Source: Trypethelium eluteriae (Eukaryota). Taken from it: DNA of 50,563 nt. The DNA is taken from NCBI GenBank assembly GCA_051942245.1, contig JAVECL010000117.1, positions 1-50,563 of the forward strand. Reading direction: 5' to 3'. This document shows positions 26,116 to 37,683 of the stretch, piece by piece. Position numbers and translations under genes: made by a program. Every line of letters starts with the position of its first letter. Position 1 is the first letter of the stretch. The notes beneath the pieces were generated by a model. The model was not told the origin of the DNA. It was given only the letters and a program-made list of their open reading frames with translations, and did no database searches.

Positions 26116-27168
26116 CTATTCTCCAGCATCTCTGATTAGCTGCTTGATCTGATCTCTCAGTTTCTCAGGACCTTCATCCCAACCAGGCTCCTGCTTGTCT
26201 CTATAGTCAGCTCCAAAGAGATTGTTCTCTTCGAAAAGGGCAGCGATTGAAAGCATCGTAAAAGCCCGTAAATGCAGCCGATCCTCCACGCCCTTCTGCG
26301 TATCCTCATTCCAAAGACGCATTGCGTCACGTCTGAAGGTCTCGATATCGGGAACATCAGTAACATTCCAGCGCTTCCCTGGGTCCTCCGAAGTCTCTTT
26401 CACGAGCGCAATCAGCTCATTCGTCGTAACTGTGTGGCTTGCAAAGTAAGCAGGCCGGTTCCTGAAGCGCTCTGGCTCACGCAGCACGGCAACTACGGCT
26501 TGCCCGTTCAGCGCCACACGGCTTATGCTCGTCTTCTGATCCCCGGACCCGAAGCGCGTAACAGTTCGTGTAGCTGGATCCACCCAGAATTTCCCTTCCC
26601 GGATCGCCCAGTCATACCACACGCCGCTGAATATGCCTGTCCACGACAGTGTTACAGCTTTGCCGCTGGCCGTGGCCGACTCTAGCTCCTCATCAAGCAC
26701 ACTCTGCGCTTGGACTTTTGCTTGAGCGGACGGGAGCTTGGTTATATTGGGGTGAAAGGTGTCCAAGCCGAATTCGTTCGTTACAAGATGCTTAATGCTG
26801 GCAGCGAGAGCAGCTCGCACGATGGTGCGTTGATGCACGGTGGCAGCTGGGTTGAAGATCTCGACAAGAGCATCATGATCACATAGAGCGGCAGTGAGGC
26901 CAGTGAGGTCGTCGTAGGCAACCTCTCTAGTTGCCACAGCTTTTGCACCGGTAGTGAACCCACGTCCACCAGGGCGTGAGATGATGGTGAGGATGAAGCC
27001 GCCTTCGAGCAACGCTGGGATCACAGCCTCGCCGAGAGTACCGGATGCCTGGAGCGAAGACATCAGCATGTGCTCAATCGAAATGATTCGGGAGAAAGCA
27101 AGATGCCCAGAGTCCTTATCGGTAGGCTTACCTACCCCAAGTACAGCAACCTTTTTAATAGAAGACAT
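26116..27168 (-). CDS. NmrA-like / isoflavone reductase family NAD(P)-binding protein; probable in-frame intron 27135-27049
   Basis: Removing 87 nt restores the Rossmann motif KVAVLG|ASGTLG. Other motifs: HLVTNEFGLD, WTGIFSGVWYDW. Confidence 0.85.
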   Translation of the reverse strand: MSSIKKVAVLGVGKPTDKDSGHLAFSRIISIEHMLMSSLQASGTLGEAVIPALLEGGFILTIISRPGGRGFTTGAKAVATREVAYDDLTGLTAALCDHDALVEIFNPAATVHQRTIVRAALAASIKHLVTNEFGLDTFHPNITKLPSAQAKVQAQSVLDEELESATASGKAVTLSWTGIFSGVWYDWAIREGKFWVDPATRTVTRFGSGDQKTSISRVALNGQAVVAVLREPERFRNRPAYFASHTVTTNELIALVKETSEDPGKRWNVTDVPDIETFRRDAMRLWNEDTQKGVEDRLHLRAFTMLSIAALFEENNLFGADYRDKQEPGWDEGPEKLRDQIKQLIRDAGE

Positions 27169-27386
27169 GCTATCTTATGCACGCGGACAAATTCACAAGG
27201 ACCTAATGATTCAACTTTACCACTTAATACTGCCATCCTTATATACCCAATATCTGCTGGTCTGGGGCTGTCACAGTTGTAGCCGGAGCATAAAGACAAG
27301 CACGCTTTCCATCATAAGTAATTGGTCCGGTGAGTGCGCTAATACTTGATAAGTTAATGAGTAAACCTAGCATGGAAAGGCGCCAG

Positions 27387-27505
27387 CTGCATCGGCCGAA
27401 CCCTGTCGCTTTAGACAGAAACTCAACCTCCACATTTGGTATCTCCATGAGAGACATTGTCCTAACGGCCTTGTGACTATTTGAAGTACTGCATCGGCCG
27501 ATGCA
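27387..27505. promoter_or_regulatory. Duplicated CGGCCG-centred element in the divergent NmrA/Zn2Cys6 promoter
   Basis: CTGCATCGGCCGA occurs at 27387-27399 and 27489-27501. The second copy extends to the perfect 16-bp palindrome TGCATCGGCCGATGCA (27490-27505). Confidence 0.45.
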
Positions 27506-27586
27506 TTCCACTACTCTATTCTCTGAGGGGCCGCTCTACGACGAGGAACCAAATTCGGGCGACCCTGCTCCACTGTACCATCAGCC

Positions 27587-29237
27587 ATGTTGAACCCGAT
27601 TTCCGTGGTACTCAAATCACAGAACGTTTGCTGGTCTTGTCGCATCCGTAAACAGCGATGTGACAAATCACTTCCTAGCTGTTCTCGATGCTCCTCGTAG
27701 GTTATATCTCTTCTTCGTTTGCAACAGCCGGTAATGGAGACCGTCGTTGCAGGAAGCTTCTTCAATGTAGCTATGCCTGGAGCGACTCTCAGCCACTTCC
27801 ACAGACTCATCGGTCTTCAAGTCCGGTCACTGCAACTCCATTACTCGTGCGCCAATGTCCAAACTGTCCAGACTTGTCTCCTCATGGCGCGCGAGAGCTG
27901 TTGCAAGCTGGGAGCATGGATGGAGACCCTCGCCATATGGCACAGCTGACTACTGACATTCTTGAGGCTCTCCATATTACACCCACGGAATTACTGGATG
28001 ACTACTGCACTTCTATACATCCATGGCTACCTCTTTTAGAGCTAGAACACTTCCGCTCACGGCTCGTTTCATGGCCACAGAGCGGTGTTGCTGAGTTAGC
28101 TACACTAATCTGTGCCCTTTACCTCGTCACGCGACAGCCTTGCCCAGCCAATGGCCGCTCCATGCGTAGCATTTTATACCAGACCGTCAGACAGATGTTC
28201 ATGCTAAGAGCCTCTGGGGACGGGACGCTTGAACTTCTTCAAGCTGGATTGCTCATTGCTTACTACGCATGCGGGCATGGCCTACCGCGAGATGCACACA
28301 TGACCTTGGCTATCTGTGTAGCCCTTGGGCGACTACTAGGACTCGACTTTGAAGGGATGAATGAGCCAGCCGAGCTCGACAAGCAGCATTTAGTCTGTCA
28401 GTGGGCAACCGTGCTCCTTGATAGGTATGTTGCGGGACTCTTAATTTGAGATTCTATAATAACATGTGCTATGGGACGGTGGCGCTATCAAGTGTAAATG
28501 ACCCAATGCCTTTGGCCTTGCCGCTGAGCGCAGTCTCTAATGTCAAAAGTCTGGCCGCGTTCTTGGACATTGAGGAGTCGGATCGGAGTTTTGATCTCTC
28601 TTCCAGAGTTGCGTTGGTCATTGGAACAGCTCTGGGTTATGCTAACGATCCGCGACCAACCCGATTAGCTGGTTCGACCTACGAAGATACTGAAAATCGG
28701 ATGCAATCATTGGTGCGTGAGCTCGTATGCTCAAGTAAGAACGGATCGAATGCATATACGTATTGCGAGAGTACAGCTCTTGCGGTCATGTGAGATGATC
28801 CGTCATGCTTCCATTCATCTACTGACTGAAGACGGTGGCTAGTGCTCACCTTGCTTTGCAAGTCGTAAATCCAATCAGCGAGAAGATTCGAGCTGGTTCG
28901 AAAGAGGCATTGCTTTTGCAGTCCACGCTACGCATGGTTCGGGATCAACTTCGAGTTACTACCTACATGGTGCAGGAAGCCAAGTCCGATAGCATGTCAG
29001 TCATAGCCCTCTGCAACCTAACACGAGCTACAGCGATCTCGATACGTCTATGCGACAGTGAGCTATTCCAAGAGGAGCTCAATGATCTGCGCTTCATTCT
29101 GCAGCGCTTTGGAGCACGCTGGACTTTGGGCCGTAAGTAAGACAGGAGCCTAAATTTCGAACACTGAGATTTGAATAGGCATCTACCTTCAATACATCGA
29201 GGAAGTTATGCAATTACCACCCATGGAGGCCATGTAA
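27587..29237 (+). CDS. Zn(II)2Cys6 transcription factor (5 exons; intron 2 acceptor anomalous)
   Basis: CWSCRIRKQRCDKSLPSCSRCS|SKLLQC gives six Cys after splicing. Also YCTSIHPWLPLL and LELLQAGLLIAYYACGHG (fungal TF middle homology region). Confidence 0.85.
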
Positions 29238-30111
29238 CCACCGGGTCCTCAATTCCATTCATACGATGCTACCGAAATTGCCGGAACCAAAACCGGGACT
29301 GGCACCTAGCTAGAGAAAGAAGTTCGGTCGGCTTGTTGATCTTCGCGCTTCTGGAGGAACTGGCGTCATGGCACAAGATATCTCACGCGAAGCGAAACCT
29401 GCCACCTCGGTGTCCAAATGAAGCCGTCCGAACAGACAGAAGGACAGAAAGGTCTGCCCTGGGATGAATGGATGTGCCCCAAACACAGGCGAATACATCA
29501 ACTTTTCGGAGGTGAATCTCCAGTACAAGAGCTTTGTAAATTATGTCAGCGCACAAGCCTTTCATCCATTTCCTGCAGAGTAAGTATGGTATTTTATTAG
29601 CTCCCGCGGCTTGAGCTTGATGAATGAATCGCGTTTCGACGCCGATTATCCAATTCATATGGATACTAGTGTTATACATGGTCGGTCTACGGATTCCGTT
29701 GTCTGCGGCACGGAGCGATAGCTGGATAAGGAACGGTCAGGCTGAAATTCCCGGCTCGGATGATTAGGCTGGCTGAAAGAAATTAAGATTGCCTCTTACC
29801 TCACTCCGTCGCAAAACAAAAGCAGGTAGATTTTGCACTTAAAATGGATATGCTCATTCGTTGTAGTGCACTTTCAGAGGGAATTTGAGTCTGTGGTCAG
29901 ACCTGCAAAGGATTAAATCCGCGCTGCATCGGTCACTAAACGCACTCACAAAGAGGATCTGGTTCGCAACTTTCCTACCAGAGAGATATCCCTTCATCGG
30001 ATATGTCTTTCCTCGCACAGACGAAAAACCTGGTATACACTGTATGCGCACAAAGTACAGCTGACTCGTGCAGAACCACATGCTGGTCCTTGATAGACGG
30101 TTAAGAACTGA

Positions 30112-30197
30112 AGGCACAGTTGGTCCAGGGAAATGAGGCACAGTCGCTAATTAAGGAACGTGAGGCACAGCAGCTGGACCTGGATCATGAGGCACAG
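30112..30197. repeat. Four spaced copies of (TG)AGGCACAG, three of them at an exact 27-nt period
   Basis: AGGCACAG at 30112; TGAGGCACAG at 30134, 30161 and 30188. Confidence 0.75.
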
Positions 30198-30859
30198 CAA
30201 CTTTCCACGTCCGATGTCTCCCGCTTCGACCAATGGAGATATTGAAACCTAGTTCAGTAACTCGCCCAAGGATTTGTGGCGAATTAGAGCCACAGAAGTC
30301 CTCAGGATGCAAGAGCTTTCCCTCGCCAGCCAGAGATGGACTAAATCCTTTGCGAGACCTTAAGGATGCGAGCCGTAGGCATCGGACATAGTAATTGGCG
30401 GTACAGCCTCACCTTTCTGAGTTATATAACCCGGTATGGTAACTTTCCTGCTGCTGACTTAAGGAACACCTTCTCACTGCAGTGAAATATCTCTTCAGTC
30501 ACTCATGTATCACTACTTTTGAAACAATTTTTCACTCAATACATTCGTGCGTATCTTCTTGCCGGCATTACACATTGACGCAGATTGGGTGTGCCAACGA
30601 AGGCCTCGGCTGGCCAAACATCCACATCATCACAAGCAAGTTCAAGCACTAACAAACAACATCTACGGTCTCTACCCTACAGCACCCGATCTTTACCCGC
30701 CAGTCAAGGACGAAGGTACGCCATGACTCTCTAACCATGCGCAGGTAATCACGTTCCAGCCAAAAAGTTCACATTTCTGTTGCAGTGCTGCTAGGTGCAG
30801 GTCCGTCAAAAACACCTCTGAGATCTCGATCAGTTGAACGCTCCAAAGAACAGAAAAAC

Positions 30860-31772
30860 ATGCCTAGCTGGGTACTCTTTCCCCGGCTGCATCTGGCCGA
30901 GGTGGAAGACCAGCCATGGTGTCCGGAATGGCTACGCGAGCACACCCACCGCGCACTCGCACGTATGTGGCAAACGTCCAACACCGCCAACGGCTCACCG
31001 GCTACTCAGGCATCCACGTTGCTCTTGCGAGCGCTGGGAGGGCCAAAGAACGCAGCTCAGTTCACCTTCATTGATGCGTGTGCCGGCTCGGGTGGACCTA
31101 CGCCACTGCTGGAGCCAGCGGTGAACGCGAAACTCACGGACAAGGGATACCCGCCGGTCGAATTCATCCTTACCGATCTCCGGCCCGATATGGAGGCATG
31201 GGAGGGTATCACGAAGCGGAGTGAGCACATTTCGTTCATTCGCGAGCCCATCGATGCTACCCGACCGCAACGGTTAGCGAAGCCAGGAACCAAGGAGTGT
31301 CGGCTCTTTCATTTGTGCTTCCACCACTTTGACGATCCGGCCGCAGAGCAGGTGCTAGCCAGCGCAGTGCAGAGTACTGATGCCTTCATGTGAGTCAGAA
31401 CGTGCTTTTCTGTCGACGAAGCGCGTGACTGATTGGCTTTATAGGATCTTCGAGATGACCCATCGCACCCTGCCGTCGCTATTGAACACCACCATTGTCA
31501 TCCTATCCTGTCTAATCACGACGATTTTTGACTTCTACTGGTCGCCGTTGCACCTGCTGTGTACGTATATCATTCCGATCGTGCCACTATTCTATGCGAT
31601 AGACGGCTACGTCTCGTGCATCCGGGGCCGTACGGCAGAAGAGATCTCGGCACTGCTGCAGCGTCAGCAGCCAAAACTAAACCTTGACGGGTGGGAATTT
31701 AACAGCGGCGAACAAACAGCTCTCTTACCGTTTGGGAAGATGTACTGGTATTCCGGAGTGAAGAAGACATGA
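30860..31772 (+). CDS. Class I SAM-dependent methyltransferase-like protein with a hydrophobic C-terminal segment; intron 31390-31445
   Basis: PRLHLAEVEDQPWCP, motif I-like IDACAGSGGP, LTDLRP, PIDAT, FHHFDD. A canonical intron joins the two ORFs. Confidence 0.78.
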
Positions 31773-32049
31773 TAGCATAGAAGACAGTAGAGGTAAGAAT
31801 GATACCTTAATTGGATTAGGTGAGTAATACATGATGTTGGGTGGCAATGGACGGTAATTAATGGCAAATGTTGATCCAGGTCCAGTTGGCTAGGCTATTA
31901 TCGAGCAACATCCTCTAACTAGTTAGGAGAACCAGGCGAAATAAAGTTCTAAAGAAGGCAATTTTTACAATTTCATCCAAGTAGGGTACTTATCAAATCT
32001 AACTAGTCAACATCTAGCTTATGGTTATGAGGCTTCGAACTCAAACTGA

Positions 32050-32290
32050 GTAGCGGTGGAGAAGGCGAAATCGGATTGCTCGTCCTTAGAGTAGGCGTAT
32101 GTGCAGTAAGAGATCGGATATGCTTCTTGCGAGTGACTGTTTGAAGAGAGTGATGTGACCGGCATCTCGTCCAAATGCCTCAGTTCTGTTAAGATTCAAT
32201 CTGGCTGCGAGCCTCGTGTTGTGAAGGGCAATATTTCTGTCCGCTCCAGAAGCATTGGAGAAGCCCATGATATTGACGAGGAAGCTCAAT
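32050..32290 (-). pseudogene. Decayed fragment of a type-B carboxylesterase/lipase gene
   Basis: VNIMGFSNASGADRNIALHNTRLAARLNLNRTEAFGRDAGHITLFKQSLA aligns by eye with the family consensus (YRLNIFGF..NxGLLDQRLAxxWVxxNIxxFGGDPxxITLFGQSAG). The catalytic GxSxG motif is destroyed and stop codons follow downstream. Confidence 0.7.
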
Positions 32291-33042
32291 CTGGACTAGT
32301 ACATGGAGGACTTTGCCCAACGAAATTGTTTACTTGAATGTTCAGTAGTCATATTACTAGAACACGGCAAAAGCTAAGCGCTTAAGTGTACGTCATTGTA
32401 AAAGTCGGCATCAATTGATAAAGTTCCCCAGTCCATCTTGGTCGGGTGCAGAGACAAAAAGATCAAAAATGGAGTCGCATCTCCCTCAACATGCAACTGG
32501 TCGAGGAATGCAGAATAGTAGTCAGGCAAAACTGGTAGTTGGAAGTAGACGATACTTTGATTTCCACGCGTTCAATGTAATGCTCCATGAGGACTGAAAA
32601 TTTTTCATAGAAGTCGGATGTGTGTTTTGGCGAGGGTCGACGAAAAAGCAATCTATCGGGCGGCCCTTTCTCCGTGGAGACTTCTTAGAGCGTCCGATCA
32701 GATTCTGGGTCAAAAATTTGTATGCAAGTCAAGTCATGAATCGATACCGTGATAAGCATTGAGTAGATCATTGCGCAGATCTTAGTCGATTCTACAATAA
32801 AGAGACTACATAGAATGATCCCGGTCCATGCTATTCACAGTCATATCTAACCACCATGACGTATATTTCGGGACTCTCTTCGTTTTCTTACCACACGTGT
32901 TTCTCCATCCTTGTACTTGCAACCAAGAGTTGTATCTACTTTCTATTCCTGACTCTTTTTCTCTACGTCTCTTGAGAACGCACCCCATTGTCAGTCTTTA
33001 AGATATGGTTTACGATGTAAGTAAGCTCAAGGCTTCACCTTG

Positions 33043-34721
33043 TCATTGATTCACCGGACTTAGCTTGACATAGAGGGGATTCTTCTCCCACAGTATGAAA
33101 CATTTCTGATCGGTCCAGTTCTCGCTCTCCGGCATCATCTCCAGGTCAAAGTTCCAGAGGACACGAGCTAGACTAGGGCCATATTAACAGATGTGCATCA
33201 TTCAACACCCGACTGTGAACCTGCAAATGACTTACATTAAGCGCATTTCTACATAAGCTAGATTGCGTCCAATGCAGCTCCTTGGTCCCATATTGAAGGG
33301 CTGAAAGACTGCCTTATTATCATCTGCGTAGGCTGGATCACCTAACCATCGCTCCGGGACGAAAGAGTCGGGATCTTTGAAGTTCTTTGGAGAGCGGTAG
33401 GCTGCCAGGTGAGAGACAGCCACATGGGTCTATCGCGAAAGCCTACAATTAGCATCATACATCTTGCATCGGGCCTCTGATACACTGAAGCATTGAACTT
33501 ACACCACCAGGAAGCCACTTGCCACCCACGGTGTCTCCTGGTTCCGGGACGACCCTGGTTATGCTTCCGGCAGCAGGCGGATATATGCGAAGTGCCTCAT
33601 CCAGAACGGCGAGCATGTAGACAAGACGATTTACGCCATTGAGATCGATTTCTTCTTCTCGAGTGAACGACGAGCGGACTTCTTCCACCAACTTCTTCAT
33701 CACACGCGGGTTACGTAAAAGGTAGTAAGTCGCTCCAGAAAGAAGTGTGGCAGTAGTCTCGGACCCAGCGACAATCAGCACTTCGGAATTGGATTCGATC
33801 TCCGGATGCGTCAGTCCCTTTTCGTCGTTGTGCCTCAGTATATAGCTCATGAAATCTGGCCGCTCGGTACCGTTCTTGAGCCGCTTGGCTACTTTTTCTT
33901 TTGTCAACGCGACGTGAGCTTTCCTGTTCCTCAACAAACTCTCTGGTACGATGAGAGGAAGAAGTTTCGCGAGACCATTGCCAAACAACTCAATCGCGCT
34001 GATGGCGTAAATAAATTCCTTGAGATTGTCAAATAGAATTGTCACCCAGGGCTTGTACGAAGAGTCTTTGAGACAGTCAAAGGGCTCGCCGAAGGCAAGG
34101 TCACCAATAAGATCAAAAGTTGCAAAATTGTACCAGGCAACGAGGTTGGTTGGCTCTCCATTGGTTTCCCTCAATCTGTTGACTAAAAGATCGACATACT
34201 TCTTGATCAGTGGCTCCTGCTCTCGAAGCGCCTTTTCAGAAAATGCATGAGAGATGAGTCGACGCATTCGCTGATGACCAGTACGATCAACGAGGAGGAT
34301 GCTTGGGCCAAGGTCAGGATCGAGGAATTTGAGTTTGTTGAATTCTTGGTGGCCTTGGCGGAAGCCATAAATATCATTCCAAGCATAGGCAGTGATATAA
34401 GATAACTCCTTTGGTGATACCCGTACCACATCACCATACTGCTTATGCAATTCTGCATAGTACTGGGCCTGCGTACCCCGGTACACGTGGTACGATTTTA
34501 CGATCATCGATGCGGCGTTCAACTTTGGCCCTGGGTATGCTGCTAATGAATGGAAGTAGACGTTGTAAATGACGACAGCGGTCCCATAAATAAGCAACTA
34601 CTTATGGATGAGAAAACCTGAAGCCTAAAGGCGGAGTAGAGGAACTTACGAGAACCAAAAGAGCAAGCAGTAGATTAAAAGGAAGGAACAGAGGGAAATT
34701 GAGACTCATGAGGGAATCCAT
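33043..34721 (-). CDS. Cytochrome P450, CYP65 / trichothecene-C15-hydroxylase-like group (4 exons)
   Basis: Motifs [63 protein letters not shown]. Confidence 0.92.
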
Positions 34722-35216
34722 GATGGTAGATGTGATGAAAAGATGTGCTTCGCCAGCTGGACATGGGAATCGGAGGGTATTTCGATTGAAATATATACCG
34801 TACCTCTGTGCCTCTCCCGGGATACTGTTTTATGATACATCGTCTAGCATTAAATTTTCGCGATTTGGACATCAACGATAAGTGGTTGCGAGCTCGTAGG
34901 TTTGGGCGTCTGCACTTGCCACTGGCCCACCTAAGCAGGGGATGCAAGGGGCCGGTCCGGCAAACCTTGTAAAGCAATGGGCACTTCTCCTTATTGCCTT
35001 CCACTACAAGCGATCAAGGTACCTGATCGGAGAACCGGATGCTTGTTTGCATCAAAAATTGCCGGTTTCCCAGTCATCGATATTGCCTCACAGATTGTGT
35101 AAAGGTATTTTGTACAAAATGCGGGGAAGCGCTTCTCGCGAACCAAACATTTTCCGTGAGGGCGTCGATTGTTTGCCTTCTATCTCATCGCATCGAAAAT
35201 CATTTTGAGATCCAAC

Positions 35217-36109
35217 ATGTCGCTTAACCTTGACGGAAAGACCTGCATCATCACAGGTTCAGGTGGAGGTCTAGGAAAGGCAATTGCGGAAACTTTCCTC
35301 GAAGCACACGCTAATGTAGTGATTTGTGGTATGAGGGTAGCCACCTTGTCAGTCATATATGACGTTTCTCTGATTGCAGACATGGATCAGATATCGACGG
35401 AAAAAGATTAGAAACGACCTCCGAGGAATTGAGGTTACATGGACCTCTCCTCGCCGTCCAAACAGACATTACGTCGGAAGAGTCCGCCCAAACCCTGTTC
35501 AATAGTGCGATCAGCAAGTTTGGCCAGGTTGACTTTCTCATCAACAATGCTGGAATTATGGACCGTTTCCTGCCGGTTGGCGAGTTGGACAAAGAGACTT
35601 GGGATCGGGTCCTGGCTATCAATCTCACTGCTCCGTATGAACTGAGCAAGCGAGCCATTAACCATATCCTAGGCCGAGAGTCTCCCAAAGGTGCCATTGT
35701 TAACATCACTTCTATTGCAGGAGTAATGGGCCACCGTGGGGGTATGTGGGCCCGACAAACTCTGTGATGAACGTGACAAGAACTAACGAGCAGTTCTTCA
35801 GGAGCCGCGTATACGGTAAGCAAGCACGGTCTTATTGGATTGACCAAAAATACTGCTGCTTTCTACGGCAAGAAGGGTATCAGGTGCAATGCCATTCTTC
35901 CGGGTGCCATGGCTACAAACATTGGCGATTCCGCTTCTAAAGGTGCCAACGAAGAAGGGTTAGAGATCGCCCGTAGGACTTTCGCGGTGGAGCCACCTAT
36001 GTGCGAGGTGAGCGACGTTGCCAATCTGTGCCTATACTTGTGCTCTGACAACTCGGCCATCGTGAACGGAGCTTGTGTGAGTGCTGATGGTGGTTGGGCT
36101 GCTTATTAG
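35217..36109 (+). CDS. Short-chain dehydrogenase/reductase (3 exons)
   Basis: Motifs ITGSGGGLG, NNAG, YTVSK (YxxxK), IRCNAILPG, ADGGW. Confidence 0.92.
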
Positions 36110-36576
36110 CTGGGTATTGCGCCTGTTGCAGACATCGAGATGGGTCCTTCGCATATCCTAGCATTGCATGAGGCTACACAACTCCTTGACATGTTGGCAG
36201 CTGGATAACAAGAAATCCGTTCGTCAGGGAATACATGATGTGAAGATAATAAAATGATGGACTTAGCTGTATCGAACAGCAACGCCCTAATTTCTTACCT
36301 TTCTCACGTGATCTTGAGGAGCTTTCGATAGTCACGTGCAATGTACAGAGCGCGTCGGTGTCAACACCGAGGTCCACGAGCGACCTCGACTGCAGCCAGT
36401 TATTGAAGAACTACAGATTCTCTCGTCTATCTTCGCAAGTTCCCCCATAAAACTACCTTTTCTCGAATCATTCCGCACTCTTCGCATACCGTAGTTTATG
36501 CGCAAGCCTTCTTCGCCGCAGCCTCATCTGTTCATTAGGTCACCATCGCAAGAAGTCCTTGGCTCTGGATACAGCG

Positions 36577-37683
36577 ATGCCTCCCTCAGGTATGTCTGCT
36601 TTGTATCTTCGCCTTATTGCCGATCCATCAAAATGGAATGAGTCATTGCCAATTTCTGCGGCAAGAAAACGCGAGCAGATCTGGCTTTACAGGCGCTCGA
36701 AGTGACTATTGTGGCTACTGTGCTGAACCTCAAAGAGACTTTGCTCAGCAGCCAACCTATCTACACGCATCCAACTGTGATTTTACTGACTCCAATCATA
36801 GCTGGATCAACACAAAACACACCTCTTCCTCCTTCGGTCGAGAAAGCGTATTATCGAAAATGCATCGAGCTCAAGCGCCGGATCAATGAAGTAGAGGAAT
36901 CAAATGATGCTTACCGTCTTCGCAAAGTTCGCCTTAACCGTGCTATTCTCAAGATGCGCCTCGAACGAGCCTTTCTCCTCGAACAACTGCAGAAAAGGAT
37001 GGAATACAATGCGGATGATTCAGATAGAAGTACAAGTCCGCCACCAACTGTACGCGACCCCTTTCCTGCCGCTGCTTCGGTTCGATACGACTCCAAGAAC
37101 GTGTGAATTACAATTGCGACGCCTTGAAATGTTTACTTATATATCTTCACAGCCCCAAGACAAGCCAATGCGCAGCAAGCGCTCCCATCGCAAGACTTCG
37201 CCGGACACTGCACAGAATATGCCATCACCGCCGCATCAGCCATCATTCAGCGGGCAGCACATCATCTCCCCGCCCCAGACCACTCCCGAACACTCCCGTG
37301 CCATTTATCCGACGGTGATGAATGGAACGACTCCTACGAATCCATCTATTGCCGCAGCACCTCCAAATGCAGGGCCCACACCATCATTCGGCACACCTGG
37401 TCCTGCCAATCAGCCCGTCTCATTTGCTGCAATCAATCAGCCTCCTCCATCTGCAGAATCGATTTCAGAAGAACGACGGCTGTCACATCAAGAGAACGGT
37501 GGGCCTGAGTATAGCAGGGATCATGTCGGTGGAGGAGTGACTGGAGCAGCGGTAAGTGCTGGACCAGAAGTTATAGTGGATGCGAATGGTGAGAGGCGGG
37601 TGCAGCCTGACACGGAAATGGGTGAGGCGCACCCTGAGGGACCATCTGGCGGTGGGGGCGGGTTCACAGCTGTTAATCAATAA
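36577..37683 (+). CDS. Small coiled-coil nuclear protein resembling an INO80-complex accessory (INO80F/Nhp10-module-like) subunit; introns 36590-36801 and ~37050-37152
   Basis: PPSVEKAYYRKCIELKRRINEVEESND..KMRLERAFLLEQL coiled coil, then PQDKPMRSKR and a C-terminal GGFTAVN. Family assignment is from memory of the motif. Confidence 0.65.
36612..36768 (+). ncRNA. Candidate intronic structured RNA (H/ACA snoRNA-like)
   Basis: Inside an unusually long 212-nt intron. Stems 36617-22/36659-64 and 36624-28/36633-37; AGAAAA (ANANNA) at 36664-36669; stems 36672-76/36695-99 and 36712-16/36750-54; ACA at 36763. Confidence 0.3.

Noticed and set aside
30112..30197. CRISPR-like appearance of the repeat/spacer array
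   Set aside because: Repeats of 10 nt and spacers of 17 nt are far too short, the context is eukaryotic and there are no cas genes.
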